From: an uncultured Verrucomicrobiae bacterium
GTDB taxonomy: Bacteria > Verrucomicrobiota > Verrucomicrobiia > Opitutales > JABDGR01
Assembly (NCBI GenBank): GCA_963765205.1
Contig: CAVXVB010000009.1
Span: forward strand, 512,001-576,000
DNA: 64,000 nt
Reading direction: 5' to 3'
Shown here: piece by piece, positions 1 to 10,343 of the stretch
How positions within the stretch are numbered: the first letter of the stretch is position 1
Layout of the letters: every line of letters begins with the position of its first letter
Notes under the pieces: generated by a model
Told to the model about the DNA's origin: nothing
Databases searched by the model: none
The model's input: only the letters and a program-made list of their open reading frames with translations
Made by a program: the position numbers and the translations under genes

Positions 1-315
1 CTGCGGGCCATCGCGCACTTCGCGCCACGCCGCGCCCATGCAAAAGCGCGACGCGCCGCCCGCGCGCGCCTGCTGCGCCTTGGCGATGATGTCGTCGGCG
101 TCCATCAGCGGCACGTCGGCCAGGCCGGTTTCATAATGGGCCGACTGCGGACAGTAGGCGCAATTTTCCGGGCAGCGGCCGGTCTTGATGCTTTGCAGCG
201 TGCAAAGCTGCACGCCCGCCGGGTCGTGAAAACGGTGGTGCGCGGCTTGCGCGCGGAAGATGAGCGTGGTGAGCGGCAGGGCATACCACTCGCGGATTTG
301 GGCCAGGGTCGTCAT
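1..315 (-). CDS. bioB: Biotin synthase, 5' part (runs off window)
   Basis: Manual translation MTTLAQIREWYALPL...SIKTGRCPENCAYCPQSAHY has the radical-SAM CxxxCxxC motif; lies downstream of bioA. Confidence 0.93.
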   Translation of the reverse strand, partial: MTTLAQIREWYALPLTTLIFRAQAAHHRFHDPAGVQLCTLQSIKTGRCPENCAYCPQSAHYETGLADVPLMDADDIIAKAQQARAGGASRFCMGAAWREVRDGPQ

Positions 316-361
316 GAAATTAGTTTTGAGTTTCGAGTTGAAATTTCGGCTGGTGGATTTT

Positions 362-387
362 GTAGGGGCGCAGCTTTCTGCGTCCCT
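362..387 (+). repeat. GTAG-type REP-like palindrome
   Basis: GTAGGGGCGCAG-CTTT-CTGCGTCCCT hairpin in the bioA-bioB spacer. Confidence 0.55.
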
Positions 388-407
388 CTTTGGAATTTGA
401 GGGAGAT

Positions 408-1835
408 TCAATTCACGGAGTTTGGATTATAAGATGCGGCAAAATCCCCGAAACGCAGATGCGGACCGCCGGGGCGCTGCACAATCGTATCGAGGGCCGC
501 ACGCGCGGCTTCGCAGAGGAAACGGAATTCCGGCTCTTCGCAGCAGGGCGGGGGCACGAAGAGCAGCGTGTCGCCGAGCGGGCGCAGAATCAGGCCGCGT
601 TGGCGCGCGGCAAGACAGACTTGCAGTCCGACCCGCGCGGCGAAAGGATAAGGTTTCTTTTCCTGATTGACGATTTCCACTGCGGCGGTGAAACCGCGCT
701 GGCGGGCGTCAATAAGGTGCGGATGCTCGGCAAAGTTATCCGCGAAAATTCCTCCAAAAATATCAATGCGCCGCGCGAGCGTGCCATTGGCGACGAGCGG
801 TGCGAGCTTCGCGAGGCTGGTTAGCGCCACGGCGCAGGCGAGGGGATTGGCGGTAAAGGTGTGGCCGTGAAAAAATGTGCGGCCTTCCTCGTATGGCCCG
901 CCAAAGGCGGCGTGGATTTCGTCCGAGCTTAAAGTTGCCGCGAGCGGCAAATAGCCGCCGGCGAGGCCTTTGCCAAGGCAGAGGAAGTCGGGCGTCACGC
1001 CTTCGCTTTGGCTGACGAGCAGCCGGCCCAGCCGGCCGAACGCGACAAACACTTCGTCCAAAATCAAATGCACCCCATGTTCGCGGCAGAGGGCGGCGAC
1101 ATCGGCGACGAAGCCGGGCGGCTGCTGCGCCATCCCCGCCGCGCCTTGCACGGAGGGTTCCAGAATCACCGCGGCGATTTGTTTCGCGCGCGCGCCCAGC
1201 AATTCGCGCAGGGCGCGCAGGCTGGGGCCGGCGTCGGCCGCGACAATTTTTCCCGCGAGTTCGCGGCACATCGACGCGGGCAGGTGGTGCGCGGGCAAGA
1301 ACCAGTCGGCAAAGCGGGCGTGAAAATCGCCGCCGCCCACGGCCATCGCGCCCAGCGTGTCGCCGTGGTAGCCGCCAGTGAAGCCGGCGATTTCGCGTTT
1401 TTCGGGCTGGCCGGTGAGCTGCCAGAATTGGCGGGAAAGTTTCAGCGCGACCTCGACCGCGCCCGAGCCGTTGTCGGTGAAAAAAACGCGTTCGAGGCCG
1501 GGGCCGGCGAGGCGCGCGAGCTGCGCGGCCAGTTCGCCCGCGGCGGGATGGCACAGGCCGAGCCAGGTCGCGTGCGCGACATTGTCCAACTGCGCGCGCA
1601 CGGCGGCGTCGAGGTCGGGGTCGCGGTGGCCGTGGACGTTCGTCCAGAGCGAGGAATGGCCGTCGAAGTAGCGCCGACCCTCAACATCAAACAGCCACGG
1701 CCCCTCGCCGCTTTGAATGTGCAGGGGCGGGTAAAGCGCGGCCTCGGCCGACTGGGTAAACGGATGCCACGCATGGCGGCGATCCCAGTCATCGAGCTGG
1801 GAACGCGCGGTCGGTGAAGTCGCGGCGGCGGGCAT
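408..1835 (-). CDS. bioA: Adenosylmethionine-8-amino-7-oxononanoate aminotransferase
   Basis: WHPFTQ, DNGSGAVEVALK, LILDEV, GKGLAGGYLPL, FFHGHTF motifs. Confidence 0.95.
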   Translation of the reverse strand: MPAAATSPTARSQLDDWDRRHAWHPFTQSAEAALYPPLHIQSGEGPWLFDVEGRRYFDGHSSLWTNVHGHRDPDLDAAVRAQLDNVAHATWLGLCHPAAGELAAQLARLAGPGLERVFFTDNGSGAVEVALKLSRQFWQLTGQPEKREIAGFTGGYHGDTLGAMAVGGGDFHARFADWFLPAHHLPASMCRELAGKIVAADAGPSLRALRELLGARAKQIAAVILEPSVQGAAGMAQQPPGFVADVAALCREHGVHLILDEVFVAFGRLGRLLVSQSEGVTPDFLCLGKGLAGGYLPLAATLSSDEIHAAFGGPYEEGRTFFHGHTFTANPLACAVALTSLAKLAPLVANGTLARRIDIFGGIFADNFAEHPHLIDARQRGFTAAVEIVNQEKKPYPFAARVGLQVCLAARQRGLILRPLGDTLLFVPPPCCEEPEFRFLCEAARAALDTIVQRPGGPHLRFGDFAASYNPNSVN

Positions 1836-1953
1836 GGCACCCGGGATTAGAGCAGCAAACCGGCCCCTTGTTAATCAAAAAATGAAACTATGTTAACAGC
1901 TTTTATCTGATCGAAACGACCTTTTTTGGGTATAGAAAGGGCGGGGTTAAGCG

Positions 1954-3105
1954 TCATTTCTTTTCCACGGGTGTCAGCAAGAACGCGATCTGATTGCCTT
2001 TGACATCCAGTCCAGTGCCCACGATTTGGCCACGGTCGTTAATGCCCGTCGCCCCAAGGAGCACTTGAAAACCCGCCGCGGTGAGACTGGCCTCGCCAAC
2101 CAGTTGCCCCAAATCTTGCATGTGGTCACCGCTGTAGAGAAAGGATCGCTCCGCGTCCAATTTACTATTGTCGAGAGGATGGCTTCCGCACGTTCCAACA
2201 ATCTGTCCCTGGTCATTAATTGCGCTCGCCATGCTAGAGGGAGCATTGCCACCGAGGGTGCCGAGGTCCTGCAATTTGCCATCGCTGTAAAGAAAAGCGT
2301 GGTCGGACTCCCACTGGGTATAAAAGTGTCCCATTGACCCGACAATCCGCCCGGCTAAGTTTATGGCCGTTGCCCGGCTGGTTTCATTCTCGGAAGTATC
2401 AATGGCCATCATTTTCCCGGAATCGTAGAGAAAGGGAACCCAGCGGGACAATGGAACGGTTCCGGAGCCGCTGACGACCGAATACCCGACGATCTGCCGC
2501 GCATCGTTCAAGCCGTAGGCACAACTCGCATTGCCACTAAAGGTGCCCAAGTCTTGCATGCGGTTGTTGCTGTAAAGGAAAGCATGGCGTTGACCGCTGG
2601 CCGTTTGCGCTTCGCCGACAATGTCACCAGCCGCATTGATGGCATTGGCTTGACTCGTATTTCCGCCGAGCGTCCCGATCTCCCGCATCTGGCCTCCTCT
2701 GTAGATAAAGGCGCGGGGCCCGTCAGAGAGGCTTCGCGCCCAGCCAACGACCTGGCCGGCGGCATTGATCGCGGTGGCTACGCTATAGGTATATCCCGCA
2801 AGCGTGCCGAGGTCTTGCATCTTGTCGCCGCTATAAAGGAACGCGTGCAACTCGCCCGCCGCATTACGGGCCATACCGACGACTTGGCCCGAAGCGTTAA
2901 GAGCGTTGGCATTGCTGTAATTTCCGCCGAGAGTGCCAAGGTTTTTAATGGTGTAAACAACCGTGTCGGTTGATGGTGCGATTGCGGTAACTGGCGAAGT
3001 CGCAGAATTAGGCGAAACCGCCGCAGTCGTTGGTTCCGCAGAAATGGCCGCGAGTGGCGAAAGTATCGCGCCAACCAGAAAACCGGAAAGGGTGGAGGAT
3101 GACAT
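1954..3105 (-). CDS. Exported HAF-repeat protein
   Basis: Signal peptide then repeated DLGTLGG..S.A.AIN..GQ(I/V)VG...HAFLY units. Confidence 0.85.
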   Translation of the reverse strand: MSSSTLSGFLVGAILSPLAAISAEPTTAAVSPNSATSPVTAIAPSTDTVVYTIKNLGTLGGNYSNANALNASGQVVGMARNAAGELHAFLYSGDKMQDLGTLAGYTYSVATAINAAGQVVGWARSLSDGPRAFIYRGGQMREIGTLGGNTSQANAINAAGDIVGEAQTASGQRHAFLYSNNRMQDLGTFSGNASCAYGLNDARQIVGYSVVSGSGTVPLSRWVPFLYDSGKMMAIDTSENETSRATAINLAGRIVGSMGHFYTQWESDHAFLYSDGKLQDLGTLGGNAPSSMASAINDQGQIVGTCGSHPLDNSKLDAERSFLYSGDHMQDLGQLVGEASLTAAGFQVLLGATGINDRGQIVGTGLDVKGNQIAFLLTPVEKK

Positions 3106-3188
3106 AAGACTTGGACGCGGTTGGCGGCTCTTTCTTGGCAAATACTTGAAATTGTCTTTAGGGGGCTGGCCATGGGTTGGGGGAACCC

Positions 3189-4019
3189 TTAATTCCACAC
3201 CGGCGAATAATTGGCGCCGTCCACCCAGCCGGGCTGACCGCTTTCGGGTTGGACTTTGAAATAACCGGCGTGTTCGTCCAGTGTTTTCGCCACTTCGCCG
3301 GGTTGGAGGGTGCTGATGGCGGCGCTGTTTTCCGTCGGCGAGAGTTTGACGAGGGTGTCGGCGCGCAGGACGACGCCGTCTCGCCCGTGGCTTTGCGCGC
3401 CGTAGAAGCCGGCGAGCGCCGCAAGGGCGATGGTGGCCGCAGTCGCGCAGAGCAGCCAAGGCGCCGCGCCGCGCCAGCGATACAGGCGCGGCAAGACGGC
3501 CAGATAGATGGCGGCCCAGCCCGTGATGGTGGCGAGCCAGCCCCACGCATTGACGCTTAACAAATTAGCGAAATTTTCGAGGCGCGTAGCGTCGGCGACG
3601 GGGATATTCGCGGTGCGGCGCGCGAGGGCGAGGTTCTGGCGCGCGTCGGGGTCGCGCGGGTCGAGCGCGAGCGCGCGCAAATAGTGCAGGATAGCCGCGC
3701 CGTTATCGCCGGCCTGGAAGCAGGCGTTGCCGAAATCGAATTCCAGCGGAGCGGAGACCTGCTTGGCCTCGGTTGCGGCAAACAGCGTGCGGGCCTGCGC
3801 GAAGTCGCCTTTTTCATACGCGGCCACACCGGCGGCGAAGGCTTGCGCCGGGTCGGTGGGGATGGGCGCGATGGAGGACGAGACGCTGGCGGCAGGCGCG
3901 GCCGGGGCGGGGGTCGTAAGGAGGGGGAGCACGCCGGATGAGGGCGCGGACGATTGCGCCCGCGCGGGCCACGCGGCGGCGAGAGCCGCAACGACGATGA
4001 TGGCGATAAATTTTTTCAT
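3189..4019 (-). CDS. batE: BatE-like TPR/SH3 membrane protein
   Basis: MKKFIAII signal; TPR GNACFQAGDNGAAILHYLRALALDPRDPDARQNL; C-terminal SH3-like GWV; ATGA overlap with batD stop. Confidence 0.8.
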   Translation of the reverse strand: MKKFIAIIVVAALAAAWPARAQSSAPSSGVLPLLTTPAPAAPAASVSSSIAPIPTDPAQAFAAGVAAYEKGDFAQARTLFAATEAKQVSAPLEFDFGNACFQAGDNGAAILHYLRALALDPRDPDARQNLALARRTANIPVADATRLENFANLLSVNAWGWLATITGWAAIYLAVLPRLYRWRGAAPWLLCATAATIALAALAGFYGAQSHGRDGVVLRADTLVKLSPTENSAAISTLQPGEVAKTLDEHAGYFKVQPESGQPGWVDGANYSPVWN

Positions 4020-5866
4020 GTGCGTTCCAGAAATTGTTTGACGAGGCCGTCGAGGCGCGTGGACGCGGCGGTCAAATCGGCCTGGTCGGGGGTGAAGCCG
4101 CCGAAGCGCAGCGCGTCGCCGGCGTCGAAAATTTCGCGCGCTTGCTGGCGGAATTGGGGCGGGGTGTTGTGTTGGGCGAGGTGGGCGTCGAATTCCTGCC
4201 AGGTGAGGGCCTCGGCGGCGTCGAGGCGGTCCGGCGTGGCGGCTTCCTGCAAAGCGCGTTGGGCGAGGGTATAGAATTCGGCGGCACGACCCTGGGCGGC
4301 GGCGGCGCGGGCGCTGGCGAGGGCGGCGTGCGCCTGCTGGCGGGCGCGGCGGCGGCGGGCGTAAACCGGGTCGTTTTCGAGGCGCAACTGGCGGCGGCGG
4401 GTGATGACGAGGGTGGCGAAAAGTCCGGCGGCCACGGCTTGCGCGGCCCAAAAATCCGGCGCGGTCAGAATGGGGCGCAGTTGCGGGCCTTGCCAGCCGC
4501 CCGAGTCAACATGCAGGCCGACGAGTTCCGGTTTGCCGGGTTCAGTCGGAGCGCTGGCGACGGCGGGCAGCGGAGCGGCAGCCTGGCCCGGCGGCGCGGG
4601 TTTGACTGTCACGGGGATGGGCGCGGTGGGCTGGTCAACGTAGGTATTGGTATCGGGATTAAAGTAGTTGAATTCGGCTGAGGGCAAGGCCGTGATATTG
4701 TCTGACATCGGCATCAGGACGTATTCGAAGGTTTTCTCACCTTGGTAGCCGATGGCGTCCTGCGCGGTGAAGGTTTCCTTCGGCGGGTAGCTGCGCCAGA
4801 GCGTGCCAAGGTCGAGCGTGGGCGCCTGGAAACGGTCGAAATTGCCCTGGCCGCTGACGGTGAGCTTGAAGGTCACCGGCACGCCGACCTGGAGGTCCGT
4901 GTTGTCGAGGCTGGGCGGCGTCACGGAAAAGTTGCCAATGCCGCCGGTGAAGTTCGCGGGGCGGCCGTCCTCCGGCAGGAGTTGCACATTCAGGTTCAGC
5001 GGTGTCGAGACGAGGTTGATGGACTGCGGTTGCCCGAACATGTTGGACATCGACCCCATCAAGGCGCGGATCGTTGGGTCGTCGATCTGGCCCGGGGTGG
5101 TGATCTGGAGCGGCAAGGTGAAACTCAGCGTTTGCGCGCCCGCTTTAATGGGGGTGAGGGAGGTATGCCAGGAGGCCGCGCCGTAACGCTGGCCGTTCAT
5201 GGCCACTTCATACTGGGAAGGTTTGCCGACGAGGTCCACGCGCTGGAAGGACTCGTTGTCCTGGGTGAATTCGCCGGAGATTTGGGGCTGCATTTCGGGC
5301 TGCCAAGTAAGGGTGATGTCAAGGGGCAGTTTTTCGCCCACATAGAGGTCGGTGCGCGGGGGTTTGGCGACGAGGCTGATCTTGTTGCCCGAAGCCGCGA
5401 CCGACGCGTTGCCGCCGGCGGGCGGGGCGACGGAAGCAGAGGCGGGCTGGTCGGTGACTTCGAGTGTGGCGGCGGGGATGGCGACGGTCTTACCATTGAC
5501 CGTGACGTTGTAAGCGGGGATGGTGTAATGGCCGGGCTTCGACGCGCGAATTGAAAATTGGAGCGAGACATCCGTGGACATTTCGCCGTTGACGATCCGG
5601 ATGCTATAGCTGCTGCCGCGGCCGACCAAATCCAGCCCATCTACCTTGGGCGGATCAAAGTTGGGGGCGGACGAAAAACCGGAAATGGCCACATTGTAAT
5701 GCGTGACATCCCCGGCGGCGATCTGCGCGGGATCGAAGCCGGCGGTCGCCGTCGCGTCGGTAGTCGCGGCAACGGCGCCGGCCAGCGCCACTGCGCCGAC
5801 CAGGGCAAAGGCGGCGAAGCTCGCCATGAGGCAAAAGCGAAAAAGGCGGAAAATGCGGGGAGTCAT
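4016..5866 (-). CDS. batD: BatD family protein
   Basis: Signal peptide, Ig-like repeats, PANFTGGIGNF, FNYFNP; position in bat operon. Confidence 0.85.
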   Translation of the reverse strand: MTPRIFRLFRFCLMASFAAFALVGAVALAGAVAATTDATATAGFDPAQIAAGDVTHYNVAISGFSSAPNFDPPKVDGLDLVGRGSSYSIRIVNGEMSTDVSLQFSIRASKPGHYTIPAYNVTVNGKTVAIPAATLEVTDQPASASVAPPAGGNASVAASGNKISLVAKPPRTDLYVGEKLPLDITLTWQPEMQPQISGEFTQDNESFQRVDLVGKPSQYEVAMNGQRYGAASWHTSLTPIKAGAQTLSFTLPLQITTPGQIDDPTIRALMGSMSNMFGQPQSINLVSTPLNLNVQLLPEDGRPANFTGGIGNFSVTPPSLDNTDLQVGVPVTFKLTVSGQGNFDRFQAPTLDLGTLWRSYPPKETFTAQDAIGYQGEKTFEYVLMPMSDNITALPSAEFNYFNPDTNTYVDQPTAPIPVTVKPAPPGQAAAPLPAVASAPTEPGKPELVGLHVDSGGWQGPQLRPILTAPDFWAAQAVAAGLFATLVITRRRQLRLENDPVYARRRRARQQAHAALASARAAAAQGRAAEFYTLAQRALQEAATPDRLDAAEALTWQEFDAHLAQHNTPPQFRQQAREIFDAGDALRFGGFTPDQADLTAASTRLDGLVKQFLERT

Positions 5867-5873
5867 GGCGCGA

Positions 5874-8469
5874 TTACCAATCTTTGTGAAATTGATCGGG
5901 GTTGTTATTTTTGGCGGCGGTGCCCTGCGCGGGCGCGGCGGGCATCTTGCGTTCGTAAGTTTTAAGTGAGTCCAGCAATTGTTGGGCCTCGTCGCGAGTC
6001 ATTACCCCGGCAATCCGTGTGCCGCCGATGGTGGCATCCCCCTGTTGGCCGGAAGCGCCGGACGTGGCTGACCCGCCGGCGGCTTGCGCCTGGGTTTTAT
6101 TTTGACCCTGATTCTGCTGGCCGGGTTCCTTGCCGGAGGTGCCGCTGGGTGACCGGGCTTGGGCCTGGTTTTGTCCCTGGTTGCCGGACTTTTGATTGGT
6201 GGACTGGCCGGGGCTGGGCTGCGGCTGGTTTTGGTTGCCGGACTGGGGCTTGGGCTGGCCTGGCTGATTTTGGGGAGCTTGATTTTGGTCCCCGGTGCCA
6301 TTCTGGGGTTTGGGCTGTGCGCCGCCATTTTGCCCGTTGGGCTGGTTTTGGTTCTGGGGATTTTGCCCATTCTGCTGGTTTTGCGGGTTGGAAGGGTTGT
6401 TTTGGTTCTGCTGGCCGGACTGGTTTTGGTTCGGCTGATTTTGGTTCTGCGGGCTTTGATTCTGCGGGTTCTGGTTTTGTTGGCCGGAATAATTTTGCGA
6501 ATGCTCGTTGGGTTGGTTCTGGTTTTGGTTCTGCTGATTTCGGTGAATTCTGGTTTTGCGAGTTTTGATTTTGTTGGTTCTGTTGGTTTTGCGATGAGTT
6601 GTTCTGGTTCTGCGAGTTTTGATTTTGGTTACTGGGCTGGTTTTGCTGGTTCTGTTGCGGATTATTTTGGTTCTGATTTTGATTCTGTTGGTCTTGATTG
6701 TTCTGCTGGTTTTGCGGCTGATTCTGCTGGTTTTGTTGGTTCTGTTGATCCTGATTTTGGTTTTGCTGCTGTTGTTGCTGCTGCTGTTCTAGCTTTTTCT
6801 TCAATGCCTCCAGTTGCACCTTGGCGAAATTCAGGTTGTAGCGCGCGTCCGGGTCGGCGGAATTCAGGTCGAGTGCGTTTTGATAGTCCTTGATGGCTGA
6901 TTCCCAGGTGGTGACGGCCTTTTGCGGGTCGTCCTTCAATTGCGACTGCCCGATGCGGTAATCTGCGTTGCCGAGGTTATAATAAGCGCGCTGTTGGAGG
7001 GTGAGGTCGTTGCTGGACAGCGTTTTCGTGAAGGCGTCCGCCGCGTCCGCAAAGTCGCCATCACGATAGAGGCTTTCGCCCTGGTCGTAGCGGAAGCGGG
7101 CATCCTGCGGGGCGGCCACGGCGGCCTGGTTGTAGGCGTCGGCTGCGCCCGGGAAGTCGCCTTTTTGAAAGAGAGTTTCGGCGTCTTTGGCGGAATAGGG
7201 CGTCTTGGATGCAGTGGCGGCGGGCGCGGAAGCCGACGCGGCAGCGGCCGCGGGGGCCATGGTCGAATTATCCGTGATGGCCGGCGCATCCTCGGCCACG
7301 GCGCGGGGCGAGCAAATGACATTGGTCGCCAGCAACAATAATAGACCAGCCAGCGCCGAGGCCTTTGGAGGTGTCGGCAATTTGGCTTTGGGCCCGGATG
7401 CCGGAACCGTGGCGGCTGAAACGGGAATCGGTTCGGCGAGGTTGACGGTCGTCACCTTGCTGCGGCGCCAGCTTGGCCGGCGCGTGCCAATCAGCATTTC
7501 AAACGCGAGCAGGACGAATCCGGCCGCCAGCGGCCACTGGAACCGCTCAATCGGCAGCCGCCGCATCTGCGAAGTCAAATTTTGCTCGGGCATCTTTTTG
7601 ATGCCGTCTTCGTAAACTTTGGCGAGGCCTTCGCCGGTCGCGCCGAGCGGCGCATAGAAGCCGCCCGTCGCGCTGGCGATGGAAGTGAGCGTCGCGGCGT
7701 CGAGATGCGAGTGGACGATCTCGCCGCGCTCGTCGCGCACGAAATCGGCCTGGCCCGAGGCGTTTTTGATGGGGATGACATCGCCCGCCGCGGTGCCGAC
7801 GCCGACCGTGTAAATCGTCACGCCCTGCTTCGCCAGCTCCTGCGCTTCGCTGACGCCCTGGCCCTCGAGGTCTTCGCCATCGGTAACCAAAACAATAATT
7901 TTGTGATTGCCGGAATCTTCCAGCGCCTTGGCGGCGACGTTGAGACCGATGCCGATATCGGTGCCACCCTCGGCGATGGTGTTGGTGTCTATCGCATCGA
8001 GGGTCTGGCGGAAGGCGTCGTAATCAAGCGTGAGGGGGCATTGCAGGAAGGCGTCGCCGGCGAAGGCCACCAGGCCGACGCGGTTGCCGCCCATTTTTTC
8101 CACGCAGTCGTAGATGGCGAGTTTGGCGCGTTCGAGGCGGCTGGGCTGCACGTCCTGCGTCAACATGCTGCGTGAAGTGTCAATGACGAAGACCACGTCC
8201 ACGCCGTGGGTGCGCTGTTCCTGCCAGTCGTAGCCCCATTGGGGGCGGGCCATCGCCAGGACGACCAGCAGCGCGCCGGCGGCAATCAACGCGTGTTTGA
8301 TGCGGCGTAGGGCGGGGCTGTAGGAAACCAGCAGCAGTGGCAGGAGCCGGTTGGACGCAAACTGCCCAAGCAGGCGTTCCCGCGCGCGCTGGCTGCCCTT
8401 AAAGAGTACGACGAAGGCCGCCAGCACGAACGGCAGCGCAATCAGGGCGTATGGCCAACGAAAGGTCAT
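5874..8469 (-). CDS. BatB-BatC fusion (VWA + TPR + Q/N-rich tail), frameshifted near 6540
   Basis: ARPQWG, DTSRSM, VTDGED, TPRs; Q/N tail continues in another frame and ends MTRDEAQQLLDSLK...HKDW*, a typical BatC end. Confidence 0.85.
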
Positions 8470-8478
8470 GGATATGGT

Positions 8479-9531
8479 TTAGGGCAGGCGGCACAGGCGA
8501 GTGTTGGCGAGGAGCTGTTCGAGGCCGATCAGCCCCAGCCCCAACAGCGCGGGCCAGTAGAAAATCTCCTGGTAGGTGGAAACGTGGCGCAGGTGCGCGG
8601 CGGTTTTTTCCTGGCGGTCAATCTCGTCGTAAATTTTTTTGAGCTGATTCTGGTCGGTGGCACGGAAGAACTCGCCGCCGGTTTTGGCGGCGATTTTTTG
8701 CAGGTCGTCGCTGTCAATGCCGTCCACCCCTATCTTGCGGCCCATCATGTCGGTGGCGAAGAGGACATGGCCGTAGCGGTCGCGCTGCAACTGGCCGTTA
8801 TTGTCGAGGAGCGGCATGGCGGAATTTTCCGTGCCCACGCCGATGGTGTCAATTTTGACGTGATAGGCGCTGGCGGCCTCGGCGGCGTTCATGGGGCTGA
8901 TGGTGCCCGCGTTATTATCGCCGTCGGTGAGCAGGATGATGACTTTGCTCTTGGATTCAAGATCGCGCAGGCGGTTGATGGCCATGCCGAGGCCGGCGCC
9001 GATGGCCGTGCTGCTGCCGTCAATGACCGTCAAGTGCAGACGGTCCAAGTTTTGCAGCAGCCAGTCGTGGTCGAGGGTGATGGGGCTGACGAGGTAGGGG
9101 TCGGTGGCGAAGGCCACCATGCCGATGCGGTCGTCGGGCCGGCGCTTGATAAAGTCCTCCATCACTTGCTTGGCCGCGTCCACGCGGGTGACGACATTGC
9201 TTTGGTCCACCGTCATGTCCACCGAAGCCATGGAATAGGAGAGGTCGAGCACGAGCACGATGTCAATGCCGCTGGCGTCAATTTGCTCCGCGTGCGTCTC
9301 CGGCAATTGCGGACGCGCGAGTGCGACGCTGAACGCCGCCAGGGCCAGGGCACGGAGCGCAAAGAGGAACCAGCCCGCGCGCGAGCGCGCCGCCGCCCCC
9401 ATCTGCCGCGCGACGGCTACACTGGAAAACTGTACGGCCGCTGCCCGGCCCACCCGCCCGCGGAGCAGCAACAGAAGCGGCAGCGCGAGCAGCAGCCAGA
9501 GATATTCCGGGTTCTGGAAGGTGAGATTCAC
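8479..9531 (-). CDS. batA: BatA VWA-domain protein
   Basis: LARPQ, DLSYSM MIDAS, TAIGAGL, LLTDGDNNAG. Confidence 0.9.
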   Translation of the reverse strand: MNLTFQNPEYLWLLLALPLLLLLRGRVGRAAAVQFSSVAVARQMGAAARSRAGWFLFALRALALAAFSVALARPQLPETHAEQIDASGIDIVLVLDLSYSMASVDMTVDQSNVVTRVDAAKQVMEDFIKRRPDDRIGMVAFATDPYLVSPITLDHDWLLQNLDRLHLTVIDGSSTAIGAGLGMAINRLRDLESKSKVIILLTDGDNNAGTISPMNAAEAASAYHVKIDTIGVGTENSAMPLLDNNGQLQRDRYGHVLFATDMMGRKIGVDGIDSDDLQKIAAKTGGEFFRATDQNQLKKIYDEIDRQEKTAAHLRHVSTYQEIFYWPALLGLGLIGLEQLLANTRLCRLP

Positions 9532-10343
9532 GGCGCGGACAATGTGGGTTCAGCGGGGGCTTTTGCGGGCGGGGTGGCGGGAGGAGCCGGGGAGGACGCG
9601 GCCGGCGCAGTGGGCGGTTGGCGGAGTTTTTCCGCAGTCTCGATAAATTCGCGGGCGGTGTTGAGCAACTGTTCGCGTTCCTCCGCGCCAAACTGTTGGC
9701 CGGCGAATTTCGCCAGATCGCAAAATTCGAGGAAGCGACGCAAAAGCGTGGTCAATTCGCCTTGCAACCACACATGGTGCATGGCGACCTGCAAAAACTC
9801 CTCGGTCGTGCGCTCGGGCGCAGGCATATGGTAGGCGCTTTCGAGGTAGCGCCGCACGGCGTCGGACACGGCGATGGCGAAGATCTTGTCTTGCCCGGTG
9901 TCCCGCAAGCCGCGAGCGAATTGGAGTTCTTGCAGGGCGCGTTGGTAGGGCGTCAGCGGCGGCGCGGGCTTTTTGCGCAAAAGCAGCCATAGAACCAAGG
10001 CGAGGAAAACGGCGCCGGTGATGCTATAGATAATTACCTCCATGCCATGCCGCTCCCAAAAAGTCAGGGGGGCGAGGCTGTGGATGTCATGTATGTCTGG
10101 CCCGGTGGACGAGTCGGCCGCGGGCGTTGGCGCGCTGTTGGAGTTCGCACCAGTTGAGGGAAAGAAAACGGGGCCATTGGCCGGCGCAGGGTTGGCTGCG
10201 TTAGGTGGATTGGTCGGGTTCCCCAGGGCTGATGTAATCTCTGCGGGCAGCCGCGCGGAACCCAGCCCCAGCGCCGCCAGGACGAGCAAGGCGCGGAATA
10301 AGGCAAAACGAGTAAGGAAAAAGAAAGACACGGGGAAAATCAA
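9528..10343 (-). CDS. DUF4381-like bat-operon membrane protein
   Basis: IHDIH, single TM helix, ERTTEEFL, DLAKFA; position between DUF58 and batA. Confidence 0.7.
   Translation of the reverse strand: MIFPVSFFFLTRFALFRALLVLAALGLGSARLPAEITSALGNPTNPPNAANPAPANGPVFFPSTGANSNSAPTPAADSSTGPDIHDIHSLAPLTFWERHGMEVIIYSITGAVFLALVLWLLLRKKPAPPLTPYQRALQELQFARGLRDTGQDKIFAIAVSDAVRRYLESAYHMPAPERTTEEFLQVAMHHVWLQGELTTLLRRFLEFCDLAKFAGQQFGAEEREQLLNTAREFIETAEKLRQPPTAPAASSPAPPATPPAKAPAEPTLSAP

Noticed and set aside
6100..6790. Repeat-rich DNA as a possible CRISPR array or non-coding satellite
   Set aside because: Period-3 Gln/Asn codons within batBC; no constant repeat with unique spacers
6159..6893. Plus-strand Leu/Val-rich 'membrane protein' ORF
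   Set aside because: Antisense shadow of the Q/N codons
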